A stretch of DNA of 64,000 nt from an uncultured Clostridia bacterium (GCA_946496065.1 CAMMFF010000007.1:1690-65689); one strand, 5' to 3'. Positions 19,109 to 28,138 are shown, counted from the first letter of the stretch. Notes: generated by a model from the letters alone, not told the origin. Numbers and translations: made by a program.

Positions 19109-19957
19109 ATGAAAAACATTTTCAAATTTTTTAATAAAAAACCTAAAATAGGCATCGCTTTCGGTGGTGGCGGAGCCAGAGGTTTTTCACATATTGGTGT
19201 CATCAAGGCGTTGAATGAGTTTGGTCTTGATTTTGATTATGTTGCCGGAACAAGTGTAGGAAGCATCATTGGTGCTGCTTACGCAAGTGGTATGACATGG
19301 AAAGAGATGTATGATGTTGCAAAAAAATTGAAAACAAAAGACATCAAAACAAACAAAATCTTTTTCATGCCTTCAAAGACGGACGGAATTGAAAATTTGA
19401 TGAAAGAAACATTTGGAGATATAAACATTGAGGAATTGAAAAAACCATTTTCTGCAATCGCTGTTGATTTGAAAACCACAAAAGAAGTATGTATCAGCAA
19501 TGGAAATTTGGCAAAAGCAGTTGCTGGAAGTTGTTGCGTTCCTGGAATTTTTCAACCAGTCGAATTTGGAGACAGATTGCTTTGCGATGGTGGACTTCAA
19601 AACACCATTCCTGCAAACATTCCAAGATATTTTGATTGTGATTATGTCATTGCGGTTGATTGCAATAGCACAAGGACCTATGGAACAGACAGTTCAAAAA
19701 TGATTGATGTTTTGGGGTGTTCAATCAGAATCTTGATGAAAAGTAATGCTGTTAAGGGATATATGTGCTCTGATGTTATGATAGCATCAGATAACAGACG
19801 CTTCAAATCAACCAAACTTGATGGGCTTGACGAGATGGTGGAAGAAGGTTACAAAAATGCCATTGATATGATGTCTCAAATTATGCTTGTCTTCCAAGGA
19901 AAATTTCCAAAGAAAAAACTTAAAGATATTGATAAGGACGAAATAGATTTTATTTAA
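19109..19957 (+). CDS. patatin-like phospholipase
   Basis: GIAFGGGGARG oxyanion motif, GTSVGS nucleophile elbow, DGG; internal ATG 19109 preferred to 18989, which overlaps the divergent gene. Confidence 0.85.
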   Translation: MKNIFKFFNKKPKIGIAFGGGGARGFSHIGVIKALNEFGLDFDYVAGTSVGSIIGAAYASGMTWKEMYDVAKKLKTKDIKTNKIFFMPSKTDGIENLMKETFGDINIEELKKPFSAIAVDLKTTKEVCISNGNLAKAVAGSCCVPGIFQPVEFGDRLLCDGGLQNTIPANIPRYFDCDYVIAVDCNSTRTYGTDSSKMIDVLGCSIRILMKSNAVKGYMCSDVMIASDNRRFKSTKLDGLDEMVEEGYKNAIDMMSQIMLVFQGKFPKKKLKDIDKDEIDFI

Positions 19958-19959
19958 CA

Positions 19960-21066
19960 ATGGAAAAACTGCGTGAGAAAGTGAAAAGAATAAAAGAAAA
20001 TGACATTATAAGGTCATTTTTTATCATTATTTATGCCATTGTTTGTCTACTCCTTTTCATAAATCAATACAACATTCAATATTTCGCAAATGGCTTTTCT
20101 GCGATTGATGACAAAAAATTACAAGTATATTATTTTGATGTCGGTCAGGCGACTGCAACGATGGTTGTTTTGCCAAATGATTTGACCATGGTGATTGACA
20201 CAGGAAGTTCGGACAGTGAAAAAGATTTTATGGAATCAGTCAACCTTGTGCTTGAACAAAACAATTTGGAAACAGTGGATTATCTCATCTTAACACATTC
20301 GGACGAAGATCATGTGGGCGGCGCCGTTGCACTTTTGGAGAAATACCAAATCTACAATGTCATTCGTCCAAAAATTTTGTCGGTTAGTTCCAGTGAAGTG
20401 GAAGGTGAAAGTTGTAAGGTTGTCGCAACACAGGTTTATGAAGATGTGATAACTGCGGTTTACAACGAGCCATATTGCCAAGTCACTTTCATGGAAGACG
20501 AAGCAATGTTTGCGGGTCAAGATACATACATCAGATTTTTTGCGTGCCAAAAAGACAGTTATTCAGAAACGAATGATTATTCTCCATTTATAAATATAGT
20601 TTACAAAAACAATTCATTTCTTTTTACCGGTGATGCATCAGAAGACAGAGAGAAAGAACTGATTGAATATGCAAATGAGAATGATATTGATGTGAGTGTT
20701 GATTTCTTGCTTGTTGGTCATCATGGTTCAAAATACAGCACAAGCTCAGAGTTTTTGGCATTGACAAATCCAAAGTTTGCTTTCATAAGTGCGGGTGACA
20801 ATCTTCATCCGTCTTATGACGTCATCAAGCGTTTGCAAGAAAATGGAGTTGAAGAAATTTATTGCACAAAGACAGACGGTATGATTGCTGTTGGTGTTGA
20901 TGAGAGTGGAAATTTTGTTATTAAAACGATGAAAAATATGATTGATTTGCCTTTGATTATTGTCCTATTTTCATGTGTGGTTTTCTGTTTGATTTATTTG
21001 TTTGACAGATATTATTACAAAAAACGACGCAATAAATACCTTAGAAACAAACATTTGGTGTTATAA
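19960..21066 (+). CDS. MBL-fold hydrolase, ComEC/Rec2 C-terminal-domain-like, membrane anchored
   Basis: LILTHSDEDHVGG and LVGHHGSKYSTS motifs; TM helix at each end. Confidence 0.75.
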   Translation: MEKLREKVKRIKENDIIRSFFIIIYAIVCLLLFINQYNIQYFANGFSAIDDKKLQVYYFDVGQATATMVVLPNDLTMVIDTGSSDSEKDFMESVNLVLEQNNLETVDYLILTHSDEDHVGGAVALLEKYQIYNVIRPKILSVSSSEVEGESCKVVATQVYEDVITAVYNEPYCQVTFMEDEAMFAGQDTYIRFFACQKDSYSETNDYSPFINIVYKNNSFLFTGDASEDREKELIEYANENDIDVSVDFLLVGHHGSKYSTSSEFLALTNPKFAFISAGDNLHPSYDVIKRLQENGVEEIYCTKTDGMIAVGVDESGNFVIKTMKNMIDLPLIIVLFSCVVFCLIYLFDRYYYKKRRNKYLRNKHLVL

Positions 21067-21102
21067 AAAGTGATGTTTGTTTATTGAGTTATTAAAAAAA
21101 TT

Positions 21103-21130
21103 TTGTATTAGTCAAACTTTGTGATAAAAT
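21103..21130 (+). promoter_or_regulatory. promoter TTGTAT-16-TGaTAAAAT, -10 ends 6 nt before ATG 21137 (leaderless candidate)
   Basis: Read directly; no SD. Confidence 0.45.
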
Positions 21131-21136
21131 AAACTT

Positions 21137-21610
21137 ATGGATATAAGAAATTTCAACAAAATTGTCATAGTATCCCTTTGTGATAGATTTTCTAAAGATT
21201 TGGGAAAGACACTATCTCAAAATTTAGACATGATTTTTTGCGATACTAAGGAATTGATTGAATATGAACTTATAGACAAAAAGGCGATTGAAAAACTTTG
21301 CACAAAAGAATATTTGGAAAAATCAGAAAAATCTGTCATCTCTCACATTGCTTCTTTTGAAAATGTTGTTGTGGCAATCAATTATGACTATTTGACGCAT
21401 AATAATATATTAAAAGAGAACAGTTTGATCGTTTTTGTTGATTTACCAAAAAAATTTGTGAAAGAAAAAGGCAATGTGGTTGACTTCATTGCCTTTGATG
21501 AGAGAACGACAACTCTCAAAAATATTGCCACTTTGACTGTTAGCGTCAGAAACACCGATATTGATTTTGTTTGCAAAAAAGTTATGAGTGGTCTTGGAGG
21601 AATATTATGA
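21137..21610 (+). CDS. shikimate-kinase-like protein with degenerate P-loop
   Basis: Collinear with AroK (IVIVSLCDRFSKDLGKTLSQNLDMIFCDTKELIE vs GxxGxGKT...D.D) but glycines of Walker A and GGG motif missing; ATGA overlap with tkt. Confidence 0.5.
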   Translation: MDIRNFNKIVIVSLCDRFSKDLGKTLSQNLDMIFCDTKELIEYELIDKKAIEKLCTKEYLEKSEKSVISHIASFENVVVAINYDYLTHNNILKENSLIVFVDLPKKFVKEKGNVVDFIAFDERTTTLKNIATLTVSVRNTDIDFVCKKVMSGLGGIL

Positions 21611-23577
21611 AATTAACTCAAAAAGCAATAAACTATCTTAAAGCACTTTCGGCAGAGACAATCACAAATGCAAAGTCTGGGCATTTGGGCGTTTCTTTGG
21701 GTGCTTCTTCAATTTTGTTTGCACTCTTCAAAGACCATTACAACTTTGATGTTTCCGACACCGATTTTTTGAACAGAGATAGACTTGTTATGTCAGCAGG
21801 TCATGCAAGTGCTCTTTATTACAGTTTGCTTTCAATGTTTGGCTTCAATGTTTCTCTTCAAGATTTGAAGGAATTCAGAAAGTATGGCTCAAAGACACCA
21901 GGGCACCCAGAATATAGAGTGACGGAAGGAGTGGAAGTTTCCACAGGACCCCTTGGGCAAGGAGTGGCAAATGCTGTCGGCATGGCAATTGCTGAGACTG
22001 TCATGGAAGAGCGTTTTAACACAGTTGGATTCAACATCATTGACAACTACACATATTGTTTTGTTGGAGACGGCTGTTTGATGGAAGGCGTTGCAATGGA
22101 AGCGGCAAGTCTTGCGGGCAACCTGAAACTCAATAAACTGATTTTGCTATATGACAGCAATGAAGTGACAATTGATGGTTCTTTGAGTTTGGCAAACAGA
22201 GAAAATATTGCAAAGAAATTTTCTGCAATGGGTTGGAATGTCATTAAGGTTGCAAGAGGCAACAGTTATTGGTGGTGTTCGCAAGCAATTGGAAGAGCAA
22301 AGAAAAGCAAAAAACCTACTATAATCATTTTCAACACAACAATCGGAATTGGCACTCAAAAAGAAGGGACTTCTGCTGTTCATGCAGCAGTTTTGTCAGA
22401 TGAAGAACTTGCAACTTTCAAGGAAAATTTGAAGGTTAAGGAAAGTTTCTATATTCCAAGTGATGTCAGAGAACTTTGCATGGCAAGCACAAGAAGGGGA
22501 AAACTCAATCACGAGAAATGGAACCAAAATCTTGCAATGTATTCCAGCACACATCCAGAACTTTACAAATCTTTGATGGCATTTTTTGACAGAAAGAAAA
22601 TCAATTTTGAGAGAATTATGAAAAACATCTCAAAGTATGACGGACAAAGCACAAGAAAAATCAATCACTATGCTTTGAGCGAACTTGCATATCAATGTCC
22701 ACAACTTATTGGTGGAACTGCCGATGTTGGACCTTCAACAATGGCTTGCATTGATAATGCCGGAAATTTCTCTGCTGGTTACAGAAGAGGAAAGAACATT
22801 CACTTTGGTGTTCGTGAACACGCAATGGCTGGGGTTTGCAACGGCATTGCTCTTTATGAAGATTTCATAACTTTTGATTCCACATTCTTGGCTTTTGCCA
22901 ACTATGCAATTCCATCACTTCGTATGCGTTCGATGATGAAACTTCCAGTTATGTCCTTCTTCACTCACGACTCCTTGGCTGTTGGGCAAGATGGACCTTC
23001 TCATCAACCAATTGAACAGTTGACACAACTCAGAGCGATAGTTGGCAGCACAATCTATCGTCCTTGTGACTATAAGGAATTGGTGGCAGGATATTACACT
23101 TGCGTAAGAGGATATAAGCCAGTTGCTTTTGCATTGTCAAGACAGGACATTCCACACATTGAAGGGGCTTCATATGATGGTGCATTGCTTGGGGGTTATT
23201 TGATTCAAAATGTCTCTTCAAAACCGGACATTGTTTTGGTCGCAAGTGGCGCAGAAGTTGATTTGGCAGTTAAGACAGCCAAAGAACTGAGCAAAAAATA
23301 TCAAGTCAATGTTGTTTCCATGCCATCAATTGAAGTTTTTGAACAACAAACAAATGGCTATAAAAACAAAATCATCAGCAAAGAAGCATCACTTGTTGTT
23401 GGTATTGAAGCAAGCAACGACACCAAGTGGCTCAAAATTTTGGGAGAAAAAGGTGTTTTCTTTGGTGTTGAACAATATATGCACAGCGGAAATGGGGAAG
23501 AAGTTATGGCAAAAGCCGGCTTTACTGTGAAAAATTTGGTTAAGTTTGTTGAAGCAAAAATGAAAAGCCAAAAATAG
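21607..23577 (+). CDS. tkt: transketolase
   Basis: SGHLGVSLG, GPLGQG, GDGCLMEG, HDS...GQDGPSHQP motifs; ATG after GGAGGA. Confidence 0.95.
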   Translation: MKLTQKAINYLKALSAETITNAKSGHLGVSLGASSILFALFKDHYNFDVSDTDFLNRDRLVMSAGHASALYYSLLSMFGFNVSLQDLKEFRKYGSKTPGHPEYRVTEGVEVSTGPLGQGVANAVGMAIAETVMEERFNTVGFNIIDNYTYCFVGDGCLMEGVAMEAASLAGNLKLNKLILLYDSNEVTIDGSLSLANRENIAKKFSAMGWNVIKVARGNSYWWCSQAIGRAKKSKKPTIIIFNTTIGIGTQKEGTSAVHAAVLSDEELATFKENLKVKESFYIPSDVRELCMASTRRGKLNHEKWNQNLAMYSSTHPELYKSLMAFFDRKKINFERIMKNISKYDGQSTRKINHYALSELAYQCPQLIGGTADVGPSTMACIDNAGNFSAGYRRGKNIHFGVREHAMAGVCNGIALYEDFITFDSTFLAFANYAIPSLRMRSMMKLPVMSFFTHDSLAVGQDGPSHQPIEQLTQLRAIVGSTIYRPCDYKELVAGYYTCVRGYKPVAFALSRQDIPHIEGASYDGALLGGYLIQNVSSKPDIVLVASGAEVDLAVKTAKELSKKYQVNVVSMPSIEVFEQQTNGYKNKIISKEASLVVGIEASNDTKWLKILGEKGVFFGVEQYMHSGNGEEVMAKAGFTVKNLVKFVEAKMKSQK

Positions 23578-23665
23578 ATATTTAATCACAAAATCTGACA
23601 TTTTTCGATTTTTATCATAATCTTCACAATTATATAATAGATATATATTGTGAGGATTTTTTATT

Positions 23666-24655
23666 ATGTTGAAAAGAAAAAGTATTGTTTTGAGTGATAT
23701 ATCAAATAATTCCAGCAAAAAGGCGGTTTTGTCCTTGGAAGAGGATGGAGTTGGTGTCAAAGGAACATTGAGATTATATAATTTTCCATTTGAACTCTCT
23801 GGCATTTCTTCACTTGGATTTTATGTTGACCAAAAGGTGTATAAAGCAGGATTGACATACAAATCACACATGCTTTATGATTTTTTTCTTTCAATAAACG
23901 AGTTGCCGAACAAATTTTCGTGTGCAGTAGTTAATTTTCAAAATGCTGTTGCGACACCAATTTTGTATGGCTCAAGTGAAGGGAACAATGAAAACATTTA
24001 TGGAAGCATAATCAGTGAAATTGCGAAGGACAATTCTTTGAAAAACACTAAACAAACATTGGACAGTTTTGGTGTTGATTATGATGAAGAAGAGAAAAAA
24101 CAGATTGAAAAAGACATTGACTCCGCCCTTTGTGGTGAGAACTGTGGAAGTTGCTCTGATTGTGTGTATAAAAAATATTTTTATGAAAATCAACCACATG
24201 AAACTGAAACTGTCTTGGCGAATTCTTTGCACAAAGAAGAAAATTCCGATTTGATTGACAAAAATTTACAAGAACCAGCAAAAGAAAATGAAAGAAAGGA
24301 AGAAGAGAGTGAAGTCATTTTCATTGACAAATTGAAACCGCAAATTGACAAACTTTTTGAAACAAATCCGATGGAAGACAATCTTCAGAAACTGATTCCA
24401 TATTCCAAGTGGGTTAAGGTGGAATATGAAGACGACGGCGATTTTTATGTTTTTGGTCTTTTGTATGACGAACACAACAATGTGAGATATGTTTGTTATG
24501 GTGTTCCGGCAGTTTTTGAAGAAGAACCGCCAAAAGAACTTTCTGGCTATCCAATTTGGTTACCACTTGATAAAGACAACATGAGAGGATTTGGATATTG
24601 GTTGACGTATCAAGATGCCACCACAGGAGAACCTGTCAAAGCGATTATTGACTGA
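23666..24655 (+). CDS. hypothetical protein (Cys cluster CGENCGSCSDC, acidic middle, conserved-looking C-terminal domain)
   Basis: GAGGA SD; long ORF; no family recognised. Confidence 0.7.
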   Translation: MLKRKSIVLSDISNNSSKKAVLSLEEDGVGVKGTLRLYNFPFELSGISSLGFYVDQKVYKAGLTYKSHMLYDFFLSINELPNKFSCAVVNFQNAVATPILYGSSEGNNENIYGSIISEIAKDNSLKNTKQTLDSFGVDYDEEEKKQIEKDIDSALCGENCGSCSDCVYKKYFYENQPHETETVLANSLHKEENSDLIDKNLQEPAKENERKEEESEVIFIDKLKPQIDKLFETNPMEDNLQKLIPYSKWVKVEYEDDGDFYVFGLLYDEHNNVRYVCYGVPAVFEEEPPKELSGYPIWLPLDKDNMRGFGYWLTYQDATTGEPVKAIID

Positions 24656-24666
24656 AAGAGGTGTGA

Positions 24667-25602
24667 ATGAAAATTCTGGCTTGGATAGTTTTGGGGATTG
24701 TGATTTTTATCATCGCAGCATTGCTCTATTATTTGGTTGTTGGAGCAATTTTGTTTCACTATGTTTTTTCAAAGAAAAGCGTTTCAAGCAGAGTTTTGAA
24801 AAAAGACACACAAAAAAGGCTGACAGATTACAAGATTGATCTTTGTTGGTGGGACAAGGTTAAGTTTTCAAAAGTTAAAATCAAAAGTTTCGATCAACTC
24901 ACTTTGGTGGGGAATTATTATGATGCAGGATCCGACAAGACGGTGATTGTTGTCCATGGTTTTGGCGGAAGTTATCAGGAAATGCAACCTTATTGTAAAT
25001 TTTTTCATGATAAAAATTTCAATGTTCTTGCTGTTGACAACAGAACTCACGGAGAAAGTGAAGGCAAATGCATAGGTTTTGGTTGGCTGGACAGAAATGA
25101 CATTTTGGCTTGGATTGAATATCTCAATGCCAAAAATCCTGACAACAAAATTTTGCTCTTTGGTTTGTCAATGGGTGGAACTGCGGTCTGTTGTGTTGCA
25201 GGTGAGAAGTTGCCGACAAATGTTAAAGCAATCATTTCAGATTGTGCGTTCGACAATGCCAATAAGCAAATTGATTATGTCATGAGAAATCACAAAATTT
25301 TGCTTAAGTTGATAAAAAAACATCTATACAGTTATGCGAAAAGAATTCACGGTTTTGACATTCATCAAGCAGATGCAATAAAGCAGGTTAAGAACACAAA
25401 AATTCCAATTTTGTTTATTCATGGGCAAGATGACAGTTTTGTACCAGTTGAGAATGTCATCAATTTATATAATGCAACGCCACCGAATTTGAGAGAAAAA
25501 TTTATTGTTGATGTTGCGGGGCACGCCATGTCATATTCAGTTGCAGGGGTGTTATATGAGAAAAAAATAAGCGACTTCATAAGAAGTCGCACAAATTTGT
25601 GA
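24667..25602 (+). CDS. alpha/beta hydrolase, N-terminal membrane anchor
   Basis: VVHGFGGS, GLSMGG nucleophile elbow, IHGQDD, GH. Confidence 0.8.
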   Translation: MKILAWIVLGIVIFIIAALLYYLVVGAILFHYVFSKKSVSSRVLKKDTQKRLTDYKIDLCWWDKVKFSKVKIKSFDQLTLVGNYYDAGSDKTVIVVHGFGGSYQEMQPYCKFFHDKNFNVLAVDNRTHGESEGKCIGFGWLDRNDILAWIEYLNAKNPDNKILLFGLSMGGTAVCCVAGEKLPTNVKAIISDCAFDNANKQIDYVMRNHKILLKLIKKHLYSYAKRIHGFDIHQADAIKQVKNTKIPILFIHGQDDSFVPVENVINLYNATPPNLREKFIVDVAGHAMSYSVAGVLYEKKISDFIRSRTNL

Positions 25603-25605
25603 GGG

Positions 25606-26118
25606 CTACTTTGCCAAAATTTTCATGATGTAAATATAATTACTGCTTTTCATATCACTGATGCCGGTGTATTTATTGCTGTAAAAACTGATTTGCGTGC
25701 AATTTCCAAAACTTATCACCCTTTTATTGTTTTGCGTTGTGATTACGAAATTGAAACCATAAAGAGTGGTTGAAGTTCTTGAATTTCCCATAATTGTGAA
25801 TGCGTTTGGCTCCAAATCAGAAATATCAAATTCTTTGAGGTGATAATCTCCCTCGACCATAAGGTATACTTTTAGTTGGGTGTATGGCATTAAATCCGGG
25901 AATTCACTGATAATTCCAATGCTTCCTTTAATGCCAGAAGAGCGGTTTAAATTTATGTTTGGGTCATCACTTGAATAGTCGTAAAGGGTTGTCCAATCTC
26001 CATCTTGTGGAGAAGAGCCTCCACCAGTATTCCCGGTTCCGCCACCATTTTTTGTTAGATAAGATAATTGTTTTTTGATTTCATCAATTTCTGCTTCCAG
26101 AATATCATAACTTGCCAT
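25606..26118 (-). CDS. hypothetical protein: coiled-coil head, Gly-rich linker, beta-rich C-terminal domain
   Basis: AAAGGAG SD before MASYDILEAEIDEIKKQL; GGGTGNTGGGSS linker; phage-fibre-like layout (inference). Confidence 0.65.
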   Translation of the reverse strand: MASYDILEAEIDEIKKQLSYLTKNGGGTGNTGGGSSPQDGDWTTLYDYSSDDPNINLNRSSGIKGSIGIISEFPDLMPYTQLKVYLMVEGDYHLKEFDISDLEPNAFTIMGNSRTSTTLYGFNFVITTQNNKRVISFGNCTQISFYSNKYTGISDMKSSNYIYIMKILAK

Positions 26119-26177
26119 AAAAAACTCCTTTTGCACTTTATTTTAAATTGTGAATAAGGAGTTTTCAATTTTTTATG

Positions 26178-26852
26178 TCAATTTTCTGGTTTTAAATGTG
26201 AAGATTTTTGTTTTTTCAATTTAACCTTCTTGTTTTTCATAAAAAGCCAAGCAAAGATAATGCCAAGCAAAGCAATGATAATTATAATGCAGGTGATGAT
26301 TGCTGGGTTGATTCCATCAGGGGAGATGGTATCTGTTTTTAAATATCCATACAAAACTTCATTTTCATGGACAAAGGCGATGGCGTTAAATTCTTCTTTT
26401 CCGTTGAAACCTTCATAAAGAAAGATTCGTTCACCCTTGCCTAAAGTGATATCACTTTCCACCATTCCATTGTCTTGTTTCCAAAACACTTTGCTTTCTG
26501 TGTTCGTTTGCCCATTAAAACTTGGTATTGCGGTTATAACATTGTTTTTTTGTGTCAATAAGTCTGCGAAAACATATCCTTCAAGTTCTCCATGTGTGAT
26601 TTTGTAGAAGACAAAACCTTCATTTTCAAACTCTTGTGGGGCATCATTTTCCATTTGAACATAAACTTCTTCGTCATGTTCAATTTGTCCAACTTTTGCA
26701 GAAGCAAAGTCGGCAGATTCAAAAACAGAAGCTCTGTTTGCTGTCACAACGTATATTTCTTGAGTATTTTGCGCAAATGCATTTTCCACTCCAAAAAAAG
26801 AGCAGAACGTACACAAAAACAACAAAGAGAAAACAAAGAATGATTTTTTCAT
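26178..26852 (-). CDS. secreted/membrane protein with two SH3b-like repeats and C-terminal TM anchor
   Basis: Signal peptide MKKSFFVFSLLFLCTFCSFF; repeats ...VYV..../...GYVFADLL and ...LYGYLKTD; start 26852 chosen because 26876 lies inside the promoter. Confidence 0.65.
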   Translation of the reverse strand: MKKSFFVFSLLFLCTFCSFFGVENAFAQNTQEIYVVTANRASVFESADFASAKVGQIEHDEEVYVQMENDAPQEFENEGFVFYKITHGELEGYVFADLLTQKNNVITAIPSFNGQTNTESKVFWKQDNGMVESDITLGKGERIFLYEGFNGKEEFNAIAFVHENEVLYGYLKTDTISPDGINPAIITCIIIIIALLGIIFAWLFMKNKKVKLKKQKSSHLKPEN

Positions 26853-26858
26853 ATAAAT

Positions 26859-26887
26859 ATTAAACCAAATTGACATGACAAAGTCAA
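26859..26887 (-). promoter_or_regulatory. promoter TTGACT-17-(TGg)TTTAAT, 6 nt before ATG 26852 (leaderless candidate)
   Basis: Canonical spacing read directly on minus strand; no SD. Confidence 0.55.
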
Positions 26888-26956
26888 GTTGATAGTAATG
26901 GAGTAAGGAAGTTTATTTTTATTATGATAAAAATTTATTTTTGAGATTTATTATTG

Positions 26957-26985
26957 TTGCAATAAATTTTTGATTCTGATAAAAT
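26957..26985 (+). promoter_or_regulatory. promoter TTGCAA-17-(TGa)TAAAAT, 6 nt before ATG 26992 (leaderless candidate)
   Basis: Canonical spacing read directly; no SD. Confidence 0.55.
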
Positions 26986-26991
26986 TTAATC

Positions 26992-27984
26992 ATGTGGATT
27001 TTATATGCGTCAATTTATGGAATATTAATTGGTTTTTTTACAGTTTTAAGAAAAAAAGCAACTGAAAAATCAAATGTTTTGTTTGTATTGGCATTTTCCA
27101 GCACTATTGGTTTTTTGCTTATTGGTTGGAGTGCTGGAGAAGCGTTTTTATTAAATTGGCAGGGGATTTTGTCAATTTTAGGGAAATCTTGTGCAGTGAC
27201 ATTGTCCTGGATTTTTGAATTGTATGCCTTGAAAAATTATTACATATCATCTCTTCAGCCCATAAGTGCAATAAAGATAATTATTTCCTTTGTTGCCAGT
27301 TTGCTTATTTTTGGTGAACAATTCATTTGGTGGAAATTAATTGGTGTTGCAATTATTTTTGTAAGTTTGATTTTGTTAAATCTTTATGACAGACGTTTGA
27401 TTAAAAATGGTCATGCATACATAAAAAATTTTGCCGGTGTAAACAGCATTCTGAAATCATCCAACAAATATGAATTTCAAAGTTTAAAAGGGCAAGGAGT
27501 AGTGAAATTGTCACTTGTTGGCAATAATATTCAGAAAAATATAAACAAAAAAAGAATTAAGGCAATTATATTTTTTGTCCTTGCTTGTCTTTGCAGTGAA
27601 ACTTCCGCAATTTTGGATAAGTTAATCATTGACCAAGTTTCAACAAGTCAAATGCAATTTTGGTTTATGTTTTTTGTGAGCGTAATTATTTGGGTCGCCT
27701 TTTTTGTTCTTTGCATAAAAGAAAAAAGAATGCTTGTATGTAAAGCAGATTGGAAAAATTGGGCAATGTATATTTTCCCAGTTATTCTTATCGTGGCTGA
27801 CAGACTTTTGTTTACCGCTCTTTCTCAACCAGATGTTCTTGTTTCAGGGGTGGCAATTATAAAACAATTGTCAACGGTTGTATCTGTAATTTTTGGTGGA
27901 ATTTTGTATAAAGAACCTAAACTTCAATATAAGTTGATATATTTGGCATTTATTTTGGTAGGCATCGTTATTGTTGTTATTTGA
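26992..27984 (+). CDS. EamA/DMT-family transporter with long hydrophilic central loop
   Basis: Two 5-TM halves, EamA-like; ~60-aa Lys/Asn-rich insert. Confidence 0.7.
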   Translation: MWILYASIYGILIGFFTVLRKKATEKSNVLFVLAFSSTIGFLLIGWSAGEAFLLNWQGILSILGKSCAVTLSWIFELYALKNYYISSLQPISAIKIIISFVASLLIFGEQFIWWKLIGVAIIFVSLILLNLYDRRLIKNGHAYIKNFAGVNSILKSSNKYEFQSLKGQGVVKLSLVGNNIQKNINKKRIKAIIFFVLACLCSETSAILDKLIIDQVSTSQMQFWFMFFVSVIIWVAFFVLCIKEKRMLVCKADWKNWAMYIFPVILIVADRLLFTALSQPDVLVSGVAIIKQLSTVVSVIFGGILYKEPKLQYKLIYLAFILVGIVIVVI

Positions 27985-28111
27985 AGCCGGGGATACATAA
28001 AGCGAGCATGTGCACCATCAGACTATTTCCAGGCACGGCGAGAAGATGTCAAGTCAGGACAGTATGATTTTTAAATTTTAAGAGGGAAATACATAATTCT
28101 GTAGATATAAA

Positions 28112-28138
28112 GAAAAAAGCATATCATTTGATATGCTT
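28112..28138 (-). terminator. rho-independent terminator closing the minus-strand cassette
   Basis: AGCATATCA / TGATATGCT stem, T6 run on minus strand, 10 nt after stop at 28149. Confidence 0.8.
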
